A stretch of 64,000 nucleotides of DNA from Zootoca vivipara. Lineage: Eukaryota. A model generated the notes under the pieces. That model was not told the DNA's origin. It saw only the letters and a program-made list of their open reading frames with translations, and did no database searches. The stretch spans positions 7,254,001 to 7,318,000 of the forward strand of contig NC_083284.1 of NCBI RefSeq assembly GCF_963506605.1, given 5' to 3'. This document shows, in pieces, positions 1-12,187 of this stretch. The stretch's first letter is position 1; each line of letters begins with the position of its first letter. Both the position numbers and the translations under genes were made by a program.

Positions 1-61
1 GAGGAAGCAATTTTTCTAGACCCAATTCATTCTGGAACCTTAGCACTAACACAGCTTTGGT

Positions 62-201
62 TGTTCTTGAAGCTACCAACATGAGTCTGACCAAACTGCG
101 GGAGGCAGTGGAAGACAGGAGTGCCTGGTGTGCTCTGGTTCATGGGGTCACAAAGAGTCAGACATGACTAAATGACTAAACAACAACAACAACAACAACA
201 A
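62..201 (+). mobile_element. BovB (RTE clade) LINE 3' end fragment
   Basis: Typical BovB 3' sequence ...ggaggcagtggaagacaggagtgcctgg...catggggtcacaaagagtcagacatgact followed by a (CAA)n tail; near-identical to the copy at 1200-1469. Confidence 0.9.
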
Positions 202-202
202 A

Positions 203-820
203 ATGACCTGTATTTGGTGAGAGACATGGAGGGTATGGTTCTCCTTGACCTCTCAGTGGCTGTTGACACCATTGACCAAGGTGTCTCAGAGTGACTTAAA
301 AGGATGGAAGTTGAAGGCATTATATTATAGTGGTTCTGCTCCCAGCTGCAGGGATGTCACCAAAAAGTAGTATTAGAAGATTGTTGTTTGACCCTGTGTC
401 TTTTGAGTTGTAAGGTCCTGAAAAAGAGTCCATTCTGTCTGCTATTCAATATATAGAGCTGTCATTGGGCATTTGGAGCATAGTGCCACCAGTATGGTGA
501 TGAAATGCAGCTCTATCCTTTTCATCTCAGTTGGGATGGGGATTGCACTTCCCCTGAAAACACAATCATAGTTTGACAGTATTCCTAGATTCTAATTTGT
601 CACTGAAATTTCATGTGGCATCTATGACATCAAGTTACAATGCTTATCTTAGGCTGATTTGCCAGGTATGGCCATTCCTGAACTGGGATAGCCTTGCCTC
701 AGTTGTCCATGCTCTAGTAGCGCCACCTTAGACTACTATAATGTGCTGTATGAGGGGCTGCCCTTGAAAACATTCTGAAGGCTGTAGCTACTGCAGAATG
801 TGGCTGATAGATTGGCAGGA
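203..820 (+). mobile_element. Degenerate L2 LINE reverse-transcriptase fragment
   Basis: ctccttgacctctcagtggctgttgacaccattgac reads as an LLDLSxAxDTID motif; tatggtgatga is a decayed YADD; further L2-like motifs (LDYYN, LQLLQN) follow with stops and frameshifts. Confidence 0.75.
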
Positions 821-1199
821 AAAGGAGAACCTTGGAATAGTGGCATTTTAAAAGGAAAATTTCTGAACCCTTTGCACCAAAGGATCAGCTCTAAAAATAA
901 AATAAAAGGCACCCCAAAAGCACATACACATAATAGGTTACCAAGTTGAGGCAATGGAGTAGGTTTGGGACAGCAGTGAGGAGACTTTTCAGGCACCACG
1001 TGACTGGTTCTCCAGATGTTTGAACTAAAGGTGTTAATTATCCTCAAGTTGCAAATCTTTGGTCAAGCTTTAGTGCTGACTTGAGCTGCTTCTTACCCTC
1101 CAAGGATTTTATGGCGTTGCTGTGAAAAGTGGGAACTTTTAAAAACCTTAGCAGTTTTTAATGTGTTAACTACAGCACTCTTAATTTTACCTCCCCTCT

Positions 1200-1469
1200 G
1201 TTGTTGTTGTTGTTGTTTAGTCGTTTAGTCGTGTCCGACTCTTCGTGACCCCATGGACCATAGCACGCCAGGCACTCCTGTCTTCCACTGCCTCCCGCAG
1301 TTTGGTCAAACTCATGTTCGTAGCTTCGAGAACACTTTCCAACCATCTCGTCCTCTGTCGTCCCCTTCTCCTAGTGCCCTCCATCTTTCCCAACATCAAG
1401 GTCTTTTCCAAGGATTCTTCTCTTCTCATGAGGTGGCCAAAGTATTGGAGCCTCAGCTTCACGATCTCT
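1200..1469 (-). mobile_element. 5'-truncated BovB LINE, young copy
   Basis: ORF 1217-1462 (KLRLQYFGHLMRREESLEKTLMLGKMEG...HGVTKSRTRLND) is the BovB C-terminus; (CAA)n tail; 10-bp TSD cctcccctct at 1190-1199 and 1470-1479. Confidence 0.95.
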
Positions 1470-2028
1470 CCTCCCCTCTAGTACTTTTTTAAAAAAGTAC
1501 TATTTACTATTGTTGTGCATTTATCTATTATCCATTGCTGCTTTCCTATTCAAGCCTTCATAGGTGTTACCAGAACAGAGTGGACAGTGAAACCTTTAAG
1601 TTTACCCCACACTGGACCGTCTGTGAAACAAAGCTGAGAGCAGCTTAGTTTTGGAAGCAGCTTAGTTGCTTTAATAATGAGGAAAAAATAAATAAAGTGA
1701 AGATGCCTTAGAAGTCGAATCTTGTACAAAATATCTGATTATACAAGGTGTACAGGGCTGTTGATTCCATAGCTTTTCTTAGGTTCAAAGTTCTTACATG
1801 TGCATATACTGTTACATGCCACCCCAATCTCTGAGCGGAGCAAGATTCCAGGGGTTCTGGTGTGCTTTACCCAGAGACCATGTTTCCATTTGGAAAATGA
1901 GGCACAGCAGAGACTGTGGTGTTTTGATGATATGTGGTTTATTTACACATATATACAACCTGAGCCTGCAGTGGAGGGGTTCCCAGCATTATACTCCAAG
2001 AGGAACTTGCCTTTTTGATAGGTGCAGC

Positions 2029-2704
2029 TAGTGATGTGAGGTGAGAATATTCTCCAGAGAATATTCTCGAGAATGAGAATATTCTTGAGAACATTCTCTG
2101 CTAGAAAATTCTTCTGAGAATATTCTCCACAAACTGTAAATTCTAATGTAAGAGCCAGTTTACAACCCACATTTATAAAATCTAGTAAATAATAAGTCAC
2201 GCTGTGGTATTGCCAGTGTAAGTAATGAATAATGATATTTTTTGATCCAGTTACATTACTGGGCATTGTGTCATTCACCATTGGCAGTTCTGAAATGTGA
2301 GCTACAGAAAACATTTTTTTTTTTGGGGGGGGGTTAAAAATGCTATTCATTTAATTTGATGAACATCTGAATTTGTATGTATTTCAACTATATGTAACAG
2401 CCTCCCCCCCCTTGCTATTTTGGTGTGACCTTATTCTTAGCAATTCTGTACAATTCTGGCCATACAGTGAATGAGAAGCAAAGAATGTGAATTCACTGCA
2501 TTGCCCCATTGAATAAAAGTATCTGTACAGATTTTGGTTGCCATCTGAACGAGATTATCCATGAATAAACATGTATATTCACTAATTATATCATTTTCAA
2601 TGCATTAAAATGAATATTCTCCTATTTTAAATGAAAATTCTCTAATATTCTCATTAATTGAGAAAATTCTCCAAAAGATTATTCTCAAGAATTTAACATT
2701 ACTA
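2029..2704. mobile_element. Non-autonomous hAT-type DNA transposon
   Basis: TIRs tagtgatgt / acattacta; 8-bp TSD ggtgcagc (2021-2028) / agtgcagc (2705-2712); subterminal GAGAATATTCTC palindrome arrays at both ends. Confidence 0.8.
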
Positions 2705-2777
2705 AGTGCAGCTCTGAATCCTAACAGACAACAGCCATCATCCTCTCACTCCAGCCTGCTACTTCTACGTTGTACTA

Positions 2778-3194
2778 CAGTGGTACCTCGGTTTATGAAC
2801 ACAATTGGTTCCGGAAGTCTGTTCATAAACTGAAGCGTTCATAAACTGAAGCGAACTTTCCCATTGAAAGTAATGGAAAGTGAATTAATCCGTTCCAGAC
2901 GGTCCACGGAGTAAGCGTTCATAAACTGAAGCAAACTTTCCCATTGAAAGTAATGGAAAGTGGATTAATCCGTTCCAGACGGGTCCGCGGAGTACTTAAA
3001 CTGAAGCGTTCATAAACTGAAGCATGGGTGTAATTGGTTCCGGAAGTCTGTTCATAAACTGAAGCGTTCATAAACTGAAGCAAACTTTCCCATTGAAAGT
3101 AATGGAAAATGAATTAATCCGTTCCAGATGGGTCCGCGGCGTTCATAAACCGAAAATTCATAAACCGAGGTGTTCATAAACCGAGGTTCCACTG
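2778..3194. mobile_element. Tc1/mariner (pogo/Tigger-like) MITE
   Basis: TA TSD; TIR cagtggtacctcggtttatgaacac / gtgttcataaaccgaggttccactg; internal repeats gttcataaactgaagc and tttcccattgaaagtaatggaaa. Confidence 0.92.
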
Positions 3195-3460
3195 TACTTC
3201 AAACTGATCCAAACATTCAGCTTACCTTCAGCCTAATGTTAATCTCATAGAATAAGCATGTGTTAACATTGTCTAGTACACAGTTTGATATACATGGTTC
3301 TGGCTTAATACACATTGGGTCTGGCTTAAATACACATTGGTTCTGCATACTCAGTTTTAACACTCCAAGCACTGACTAACACCTTTTAGACCCAGGAATT
3401 TAGGGTGTCTGGCACCCACAAACTCATTCATTTAAAGCTTTCAAACTTGGAAGTATAGTA

Positions 3461-3705
3461 CAGTCATACCTCGGGTTACAGCCACTTCAGGTTGCGTCTT
3501 TTCGTGTTGCGCTCCTCCTGGAAGTACCGGAACTGGTTACTTCCAGGTTTCGGTGCGTGCACAAGTGCTAAATCATGCTTTGAGCATGTGCAGAAGCGCC
3601 GAATCATGACCCACGCATGCGCAGACGTGCAGGCACGGGTTGCGAATGCTGTGGGTTGCGAACGCACTTCCCACACTGATCACGTTCGCAACCCAAGCGT
3701 CACAT
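3461..3705. mobile_element. pogo/Tigger-like MITE, right end damaged
   Basis: TA + cagtcatacctcgggtt left TIR; decayed right TIR gttcgcaacccaagcg; similar internal ggaagt and gcatgcgcag motifs to the 38401 and 51212 copies. Confidence 0.75.
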
Positions 3706-4842
3706 AGACAAGAAAGGAAGGAGAGTTTGGATTTATTTCCAACCACCGTGATCAAGTAAAGAAACTACATAAGCGCTATCAGTATTTTGTTCTTTCCCTT
3801 TCAAACTCCTTTAACATAAACACCCAATAAATATGTGTTGAAAACATGTACAGCTTTTCTTTGGGGCTGATACTTGCAGGGCCAAGTTTCTGCCCGAAGC
3901 AAATTTTTACAACTCTGCTTCAGACTTGGCGTTTATAGCAGAATTGCTGACATGTTATTACTGTGGCAGCCCTAATATTTCCCCATAGAGGTTGTGGGGG
4001 GGGGGGTCTATTGTGAGTGGCCTGAGGTATAGAAATCATGATGAGACACTTTGGAGTTTCTAGAATATGATTCAAGCAGTGCAGAATATAATCTTTTTTC
4101 AGGACAAGGAAATATTGCTATGCACTGCATTTTAGGAGTGAATCATTGACACTACTGGGACCTGTGCTTGACCTGGGCAAAACGTGATTGGTGTCTAAAT
4201 GATCATAGTAAATGTAATAACTAATCATTTGTACGATTTTTGACAGCTTAGAATAAGAGAAATGTAGTATAAAAGGGCCTGCAACTGTGGATCCAAAGCT
4301 AGAGGAATCACTCTCTGCATTAGTCTTGATGCTTTCTCTATATATGCATGAAGTTTCTAATCTTTATACTCACAGATCTTTCCTCACCAGTGACAGCTTA
4401 GCTTCTTGTTGCTCTTACCACAGTCTTCTTCTTGCTGTCCTTGACTTCTCTCTTCTTTTCCTGTTTTATATTCTGCTGTGTGACTTCCTTTGCCAGGAAT
4501 AGCCTTTTCATCAAGCCAACTTTCTCCCCTTTAATTACTCTAAAATCTGACAAAATTGACCTTAGTTACTATTGTTTCTTTCTCCTCTGCTACCACATAA
4601 ACATCCTCTACTATCAATTTAAGATCTTACAACTTTGGTCAGTCTCTAGTAAAGTCACCCACCCCCAACCCCAGGAGGAAGCATAATATAGAATCTAGCA
4701 CACTGGGGAGAACTGCTATGTCGTGGCAGGTAGCTGGGAAATGTGTAATAATAATAATAATAATAATAGGAGATCCACACAGGAAATAAGAACCAATCAG
4801 CTAGTGTAAAATCCCAGTAAAATGTGACAATGGATTGCCAAA

Positions 4843-5000
4843 AAGAACATAAGAAGAGCCCTGCTGGATCAAACAAAAGGCCCATGTAGTCCAGCATTCT
4901 GTTCTCACCGTGACCACCCAGATTCCTCTGGGACGCCTGCAAGCAGGACCTGAGTGCAATAGCACCCTCCCCACTTGTATGCCGAGGCATACTGCCTCTG
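4843..5000 (-). mobile_element. CR1-type LINE 3' end
   Basis: aagaacataagaagagccctgctggatca...ggcccatgtagtccagcattctgttctcac, a common squamate CR1 3' end; related copy at 49918. Confidence 0.75.
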
Positions 5001-5106
5001 ACACTACACTGGAAGCACCAGTTTATGAGCCTTGTAGGCTTGGTTTGAGTGGAATCCCAGACAATACTAAAGATCTGACTAGATAAACTTTGGGGTCCTA
5101 TCCCTA

Positions 5107-5463
5107 CAGGTGAAACTTGGAAAATTAGAATATCGTCGAAAAGTGCATTTATTTCAGTAACGCAACTTAAAAGGTGAAACCAATATATGAGATAGATGCA
5201 TGACATGCAAAGCAAGATATGTCAAGCCTTTATTTGTTGTAATTGTAATTATTTGTCGTTAGGCGGGTCAATTATGAATGGAATGTAATTGATGAAATGT
5301 AATAGCGGTATTTATTTTTGTATTATTGTAAATATTTGTTTTATTACTGTGGGATTTCCAAAAGAAAGCATTTGTAAAAATTAGAAGAAAAATAAAAAAA
5401 TAAGTTGCATTACTGAAATAAATGCACTTTTCGATGATATACTAATTTTACGAGTTTCACCTG
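5107..5463. mobile_element. Tc1-like MITE
   Basis: TA TSD; ~63-bp TIRs caggtgaaactt...tgcatttatttcagtaacgcaactta / taagttgcattactgaaataaatgca...gagtttcacctg. Confidence 0.92.
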
Positions 5464-6023
5464 TATTTGTATGAAAGAGAAGATGAGTGTTTAATGAAGC
5501 GTATGCCATCTCTAGTATGATGCATGTTGCAACTTTTGAATCAAATAATTGTCTATCCGGGAGCTATTTTTACACTGGTAGGACACAGTTTTGTTTGGCA
5601 TTTGCTTTCTGAACAGGCCCTGAAGCCCTTAAAATTGTTCTCTGTCTGGTATGAAATGTGTGATTTGGTGTTGGCTTTGCATGTTCCTGTAGGGAGCATG
5701 TTCAGTCTACATAAACTCTGAATGTACCTAATGGGAAAGCTAACCTATCATTTTATTGCATAATTGAAAGAGTGATACAGTATTGAGGTTGCTTGCATTT
5801 AATGGCTGCCCTTGGTAAACCATCAAAATCCTCGCTACATAGTGATTTTTATTAAATATATTTACACCTAACATTTCCCACTCTGCCTCCTCAAGTCTCG
5901 ATGATACATATTGTTAGGAGCCCATTTTAAAGCAGAAAAGGGGCTGTTTGGCTTTTCAGATCTAGGAGTATGTCCACTTCTTTATAGTCTTTGTGCTCTC
6001 CTTTTATACAATGATTTCCTACT

Positions 6024-6319
6024 AGGTAAAAAGGTAAAGGGTAAAAGACCCCTGGACGGTTAAGTCCAGTCAAAGGTGATTATGGTGTTGCGGAGCTCAA
6101 CTCGCTTTCAGGCCAAGGAAGCCGACATTTTCTCACAACAAACTTTCTGGATCATGTGGCCAGCATGATTAAACCGCTTCTGGTGCAACGAAACACTGTG
6201 ACGGAAACCAGAGCACATAGAAATTCTGTTTACCTTCCTGCCACAGTGGTACCTATTTATCTACTTGCACTGGCGTGCTTTTGAACTGCTAGGTTGGCAG
6301 GAGCTGGGACAGAGCAGGA
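6024..6319 (-). mobile_element. Sauria SINE (5'-truncated)
   Basis: (AAAGGT)n tail on +; diagnostic body tcatgtggccagcatg...tttaccttcc...cctatttatctacttgcac...gaactgctaggttggcagg. Confidence 0.9.
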
Positions 6320-6570
6320 ATATACTTTGTATATATACTTTGTAAATACCAGCATCCATATACTTTGTAAATACCAGCATCCAAACATCCTTTTTTTGTA
6401 CCCAATACAAACTTGTAACATGTCCACTCCACCTTACAGTATATAATTTACTCATTAGCATGGTGATTGATTTCCTTGATAGAACCTTCTGTCTGAGCAA
6501 AGGAACCACCAGCAGGAGTGAGGAAATTCAAACAGGGTGTCATACTGTCTCTTATATTTATACTCTAGTG

Positions 6571-6706
6571 CAGTGTTTCCCAACCTTGGGTCTTCAACTG
6601 TTTTCAGACTTCAATTCTCATCATCCCTGACCACTGGTCTTGCTAGCTAGGGATGATGGGAGTTGTAGTCCAGAAACAGCTGGAGGCACGAAGCTGGAAA
6701 ACACTG
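6571..6706. mobile_element. Short palindromic hAT-type MITE
   Basis: cagtgtttcccaac...ggaaaacactg termini; internal inverted repeat catcatccct / agggatgatg; related copy at 30242. Confidence 0.75.
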
Positions 6707-6853
6707 TACTGTATAGTTTCTCATTTTTAGAGGTGGGCTTAGGTCAGCAACTCACTCTTAGTTTTTTTGTTTCACTCCAGCAATTTTCACAAATTCTCAG
6801 ATCCTATATAGAAGCATGACAATAAGATTGCATAAATCTCCTCAGCTGTAATA

Positions 6854-7327
6854 CAGTGGTACCTTGGTTCTCAAACTTAATCTGTTCCAGAAGTCTGTTC
6901 CAAAACCAAGGTGCACTTTTCCATAGAAAGTAATGCAAAATGGATTAATACGTTCCAGACTTTTAAAAACAACGCCTAAAACAGCAAATTAGCATGAATT
7001 TTACTATCTAACAAGACCATTTATCCATAAAATGAAAGCAATCAATGTACTGCAATCACACAATCAATAGCTGAACTGGGCTCCATACAGTCACAAAAAC
7101 AAAACAAAAAAAGCCACAAGAACGCAAAATAAATAGCAAAAACAGACCGACCTCAGAATAACACTCAAAACGGAAGTGTGGCACTCAAAACGGAAGTGTA
7201 ACACTCAAATGGAGTATGTTCAGCTACTGAAAAAAATTCACAAAGTGGAACACTTACTTCTAGGTTTGTAGTGTTTGGGTTCCAAGTTGTTTGAGTACCA
7301 AGGCATTTGAGAACCAAGGTACCACTG
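6854..7327. mobile_element. pogo/Tigger-like MITE
   Basis: TIR cagtggtaccttggttctcaaa / tttgagaaccaaggtaccactg; TA on the left, CA (mutated) on the right. Confidence 0.88.
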
Positions 7328-7714
7328 CATATGAATAATTTTGTCCTCAGTTCCTCCCCTCTCCCATTGTAATGAATGTTTAGCTCAGATTTGAGGACCT
7401 GCATATCTGAATAGTGCCATAGCCACATTCGAGCCCCATGATAGACAGCTATGCATGCTGGCCTGAAAAAAATATGATGGTTGGTAGTGGGTGACAGTCG
7501 AACTCTATTGGTGCTAATGCCTGGCTTGCCGATTATTAGCTGTGTTTGGTTTTTTGACAGTCTTTGAACAATGGCTTAAGCTCACTACACCACAGTCATG
7601 TCTTTTTACAGTAAAAAAAATGAACTAAAATGATGTACTCACCTATACTGCCATAAGACATGAAGGCTTCATTGGTGACCCTAACTGCTGCTTGGTTATT
7701 CAGTGGCATGCCAT

Positions 7715-8000
7715 TAGAGCCATATTACACCTATTAAGTCACTTACACTTACCACCAGAACCATTCAGAGTCCAGTTCAAGGTGCTGATGTTGGTTTGTG
7801 GCCCAAATACTTAATGGAGTGCCTCTCCGGGTTATGTGCCAACCTGGCTTTTAAGATCCTTGGAGGGAGCCAGTGGACAATTCCAAATTGGCAGTGATTC
7901 AGGTTGGGGCCTTCTTTGGTAGTGGTTCCCTCTCTGTAAGTCATAATTAATGAATTCACTGTCTGCTTATGACACACCTCTTTACCCAGGCTTCTAATAC
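7715..8000 (+). mobile_element. Old L2 LINE 3' fragment
   Basis: Decayed motifs catattacacc, cagttcaaggtgctg, gggccttct, gacacacctctttacccaggct typical of the L2 ORF2 C-terminus. Confidence 0.6.
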
Positions 8001-9391
8001 TGTTTGTCGTTTGTCCTTTGGATCTTTTGTCCTTTGTCCTTGGATCTTTTGATTTGTTGCACTGTTCAGCAGATTTGTTCTAACCCTTATTTGAATTATG
8101 TAATGGTTTTAGAGATTTCAAACATGTTTTATTATTTTTTTGTGCTGTTTTATATTTATATCAGGGTTTCTGAACCTCTACAATTTTTTTAAAAAAAGTA
8201 AAATCAGATATACATTAATACACTAGAGATGCCAGCAGAATTTGTTATTTCAGGATTCTAATAAAATTTCAGGGGCTCTTAATACTCAGCTTCAAAGAAG
8301 AGGCAAGTATTAGGAGCCCAGGTTCTATGGCTTGAATTAAAATCAGAGATAGAGAAGATTCCTATCCAAGCATCCTTCCCATCTAGCTTTCCAACTCCTC
8401 TTTCCCTTTAAAGTAATTTTACTTCATTTGTGTAGCCTGTGATAGAAAGTAGTTATGGAGAAAGGAAAGGAAGAGGATATTTGTTTCCCCCATCCCCAAC
8501 ATCTGGTATGCCACCTTGCAACATACCAGGAGGACAAAAGTCCTTAACAACCCTTAGGAAATGTAGTTTCCTCAAGGGTGATTTCAATGTCAGTAGCACT
8601 TGGACAAACTACGGTATGTTTACCTGGGACAGCCAGGGTCGTGCATTTTCCTGGCATGCAGCTTTGAGAAAAATAGGTCTGGCTAAGTTCAAATTAGCTT
8701 GAAAATGAGTGGACCTTTCCTCCATTTTTTTGGGTGATTGTTAATAACTTGGCTTATTTTTGAGCCACTAAGTTTGGGTGGTTCACTCATCTGTAATATG
8801 GAGCGGTGGTTTGTGTAGTAGAGACCAAACTAGAATTAGCTGGGGTTGGGAAGGAGACTGCATTTTTAATTTTGTGATTTCAATTGTTTTTCTATATATA
8901 ATATGGGGATGCCATGTGATTCACATATAGCTTAGGTTCTACTTACCCTAAGTGGTGCAGGATGATAAATACAATTGATTGAACAGGAAAATGTAACCAT
9001 CTTACAAGAAAACACAGTATTGTGCAATAGAATGAAGTTACTCTGTCTTATTTCATCAGCTTCAATTAAAGAAGTGACCATATTTTGTTTCGGTTTTTAT
9101 GGGTTGTTCTGCTCTGAAAATTTCAGGCAACATGAAAATCATACTACCGTATATAACAATTTATCTTGCCCTTGATTTTCTTATGGAAATGGTATAGGAA
9201 TGAATATCAGGGCAACTGGAGTTGAAGTGGAGGAGAATTTTGTCAACTCTGATTTATTGGATACTAAAAATCCATTTGGATGCAAATCATCGTTCAGGAA
9301 CTGATGTGATGTGACATGTGTCATTGCTTTACTACCATTAAACTGTTTTTTCTTTGGTTAACAAATTTACTTTGAATGAAGTTTCCTTATC

Positions 9392-10614
9392 GGGTTCCGG
9401 TTTCCGCCGGCAGGAATGGCGGACCTGTTTTCCATCTCTCTGACCTTCGTAAGGAATTTGGCGGTTGCTAGGGGAGTAAATGGCAACCCCCTACCCTCTC
9501 CGGGGGTTACGGAGAGGGGCCGCTGGCCCGCGATGCCCCCAGACCCACTCCGACTGTTTTTGGAGTGGGGGGAGCTTGGGCTGAGCACTTACGAGGGCCA
9601 GGACTCCCGGACGCTAATCTGCATGGCGGGGATTTCCATGGTTAAAGAAGATAATTAGGCTTAAATCTATGGACATACTTCAGAAGGAGGGGAAGAAGCG
9701 CTGTTTACTGCTGAGAAATTTATGCTGCTGAGGGAGAGGAGTCAAAGGCTGTATTTCATCTGAAAGAAGGATTGATGGGGACGGAGCGATAAGGGAAGTG
9801 AGTTTTTTTTTTTCTTCATATGAGTTACTTCGTACCTTCCCAGATGCGATGTCCTGGTTTGTTTGGAGTGAAAGAGAAGCAAAAGACTGTGTGAGTTGAA
9901 CTTTATAAACTGTTGTTACTGAGCATATTTTTTAAAGATGTGGAGTTGCCGACGAGAAAAGCCCCCCTCTAGTTAGACGGAAGGAGTGCCTGGACGCGTT
10001 CGGAGGATTTATGAGCTGTGACGCACTTTGAATTGGAGCAGCGACCTGAAGCTAAGTTCAGCTATAGGGCAAGGAGATCCATTAATTTACCAAGAGTCTA
10101 TGGTTTGATGTTTGGGTCTTCTGCCTGGAAAAGCTGTAAATTTTATAAAGATCGTTAATCTACCCGGTTATGAGAGAAAACGAAAGTGTTTTGAGTTTTT
10201 TTAAGATGGCGCTGCTTCGTGTTGACGCAACAGGGAGCTCCAGACCAAGAAGATTTATGGGGAGGCTGGACTGATTAACCCACACAGGAGAAAGAACATT
10301 TGTGAAACCTTGTTTGATATTTATCTCAGCAGCTGGGAAACAATCGGTTGAAAGTGGAAAACATCTATGTGATTGTAAGGGAAAGATTCGGATTATTATG
10401 AACTTGGAGAGACGATTTGAACTTTAGAAAAAAGACGGCAGTGGACGGTTGCGAGGAATCCCCAATTTCTTGAAGCATGGGAACCCAAAAAATTTTTTTA
10501 GATGATTTGGCATAATATTCGGTTTGATTGATATATATGTGTATAATTTGAAATAACGAATGTGATATAATTGGTTTTAATTGGAAAATTAATAAAAATA
10601 TGTTTTAAAAAAAA
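9392..10614 (+). mobile_element. Non-autonomous, probably L1-mobilised retroelement (copy E1)
   Basis: 18-bp TSD gaatgaagtttccttatc (9374-9391 / 10615-10632); GC-rich 5' end gggttccggtttccgcc...atggcgg; AATAAA at 10591 and A tail; no RT motifs seen. Confidence 0.88.
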
Positions 10615-12187
10615 GAATGAAGTTTCCTTATCTAAGAAGAAAGTTAGAGTTAAATGCAGCAAATAATAGAATTACCTGCTTGTCTACTGATGCACACTAT
10701 CACAGTTTGTTTCTTTGCTGCTTAAAAATACCACAGCAGCACTGCTAACTCCTCTTTATCAGGAAGGGCAAATGTTTTGGAGAGAATTGTGCAGTCACAG
10801 TTGTTAGTTTGTTCATATTAATATTTTTCCAGTTAAATAATTAAAATACAAAACATAATGGATGCATTTTAAGTTTTACTTATTATTTGAATTTTTAAAA
10901 TCTGCTCATTTGATTAAGCTCCACTGGTTAAGCAAATCAGTGGCCAGTCCACTCTGTATATGTCTTTGTGTTTTCCTGTGTATTTAGTAGATTTTTATAC
11001 CCACTGCCTTGTGGGACATCTTCAAGAGAAGAAAAGGGTAAGGAGTAAGCCCTACACAAATCTTGAGTGGAGTCCCAAGGCGGTTGGATGGTGTCTTGCA
11101 TGCCTCCTTCCAGCAACTCCTGCAGCCTAACTGGTGCCAAACATACTGCTCTGCTTTCATTTGGATCACATCAGCCCAGGACCTCCATACATACTGCTCA
11201 GGCTTGTGCCCTGGAGAGGTCACTTCAAAGATTAGGGGAGTTGTAATCCAAAACACTTAGATAATGGAGAAAAGTTGTTTATCTCAATTGGTTTTAGTAC
11301 TTCCCTGCTGCTTGTTGAGTTTATTGTTTCCCAGTTTGCAAATGTTGAAGACAGAAGTGATGGAAACCTTCACCTTCCCTATACAGCCATTATAATAATA
11401 AGTTATATGATGATTTGAACCACCTGTGGTGTTCACGTCTGTTACAGTACTTTGAGAATTTGATGATCTTTACATTGTTTATGCACCCTCTCTTACATAA
11501 AATCTTCTCTGGGTAGGTGTTTGTTGAAAGTTGCACTTCTACACAGCATTTTTTATGTCCAGCAAGCAAGCACTTTGTACAGAATACTGTTGCTTTATTT
11601 ATATAGCACCATCTATTCATGGCACCTTTGTTAGTCCCTAGTGAAAGGGACCTGCAACCTTAAAAATAGGCACGGGAAGCAACAAAGGCAGTGGTAAAAT
11701 ATGCAATTACTTCAATTACATATACTTGTTACAGTAAGGCATTGAGACTAGAGAGTTGTTCCAAAGTATTCAGGGAACCAGTATATTCCGAAAACAGGTA
11801 TGCAGGAAGTAAGAGGATGGATGAGGTATCACAGAGTGTTCTGGGTGCAAAGATAAGGGGCAGCAAGGGTGGAGTAATTTCAAGGAGTAGGAAGCTTCTC
11901 TGGTAGAAATGTATGAGGATATAAAAGCAGAGAGATAAGGTTGGCAAGGCTTAGGGGTTTTAAAGGAGGTAAAGTGATCAGAGTGATGAAATAAATTATC
12001 ATGGCAGCAAAATCATGGCAGCAAAGTCAGACAAACGCAAAATGATGAGGGCATGGATAAAAAAGGGGGGTTATGAGGAAAGGCTGTATTTTTCTTCTAA
12101 TGTTAAAGAAGCATCAATATGATTTGGTGATGGATTGAGTACAAGGAGCAAATACAAGAGAGGAGTCAAAACAGAAATTGCTAGACA

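Larger units (their letters stand above)
1810..3381 (-). mobile_element. Possible solo LTR interrupted by two DNA transposons
   Basis: Begins tgttac and ends ctaaca; minus-strand AATAAA near 1938; the sequence resumes across the inserts at 2029-2704 and 2778-3194. No clean TSD found. Confidence 0.35.

Noticed and set aside
2820-3170. CRISPR-like spaced repeats
   Set aside because: No unique spacers; bounded by TIRs and TA; vertebrate context; a second copy exists at 40850.
4655-5215. 186-aa minus-strand ORF
   Set aside because: Spans a Tc1 MITE, a CR1 tail and a (TAA)n microsatellite; chance ORF.
9392-10614. Processed pseudogene interpretation of E1/E2
   Set aside because: No recognisable host CDS, and colinear motifs shared between independent insertions favour a TE family; not fully excluded without a search.
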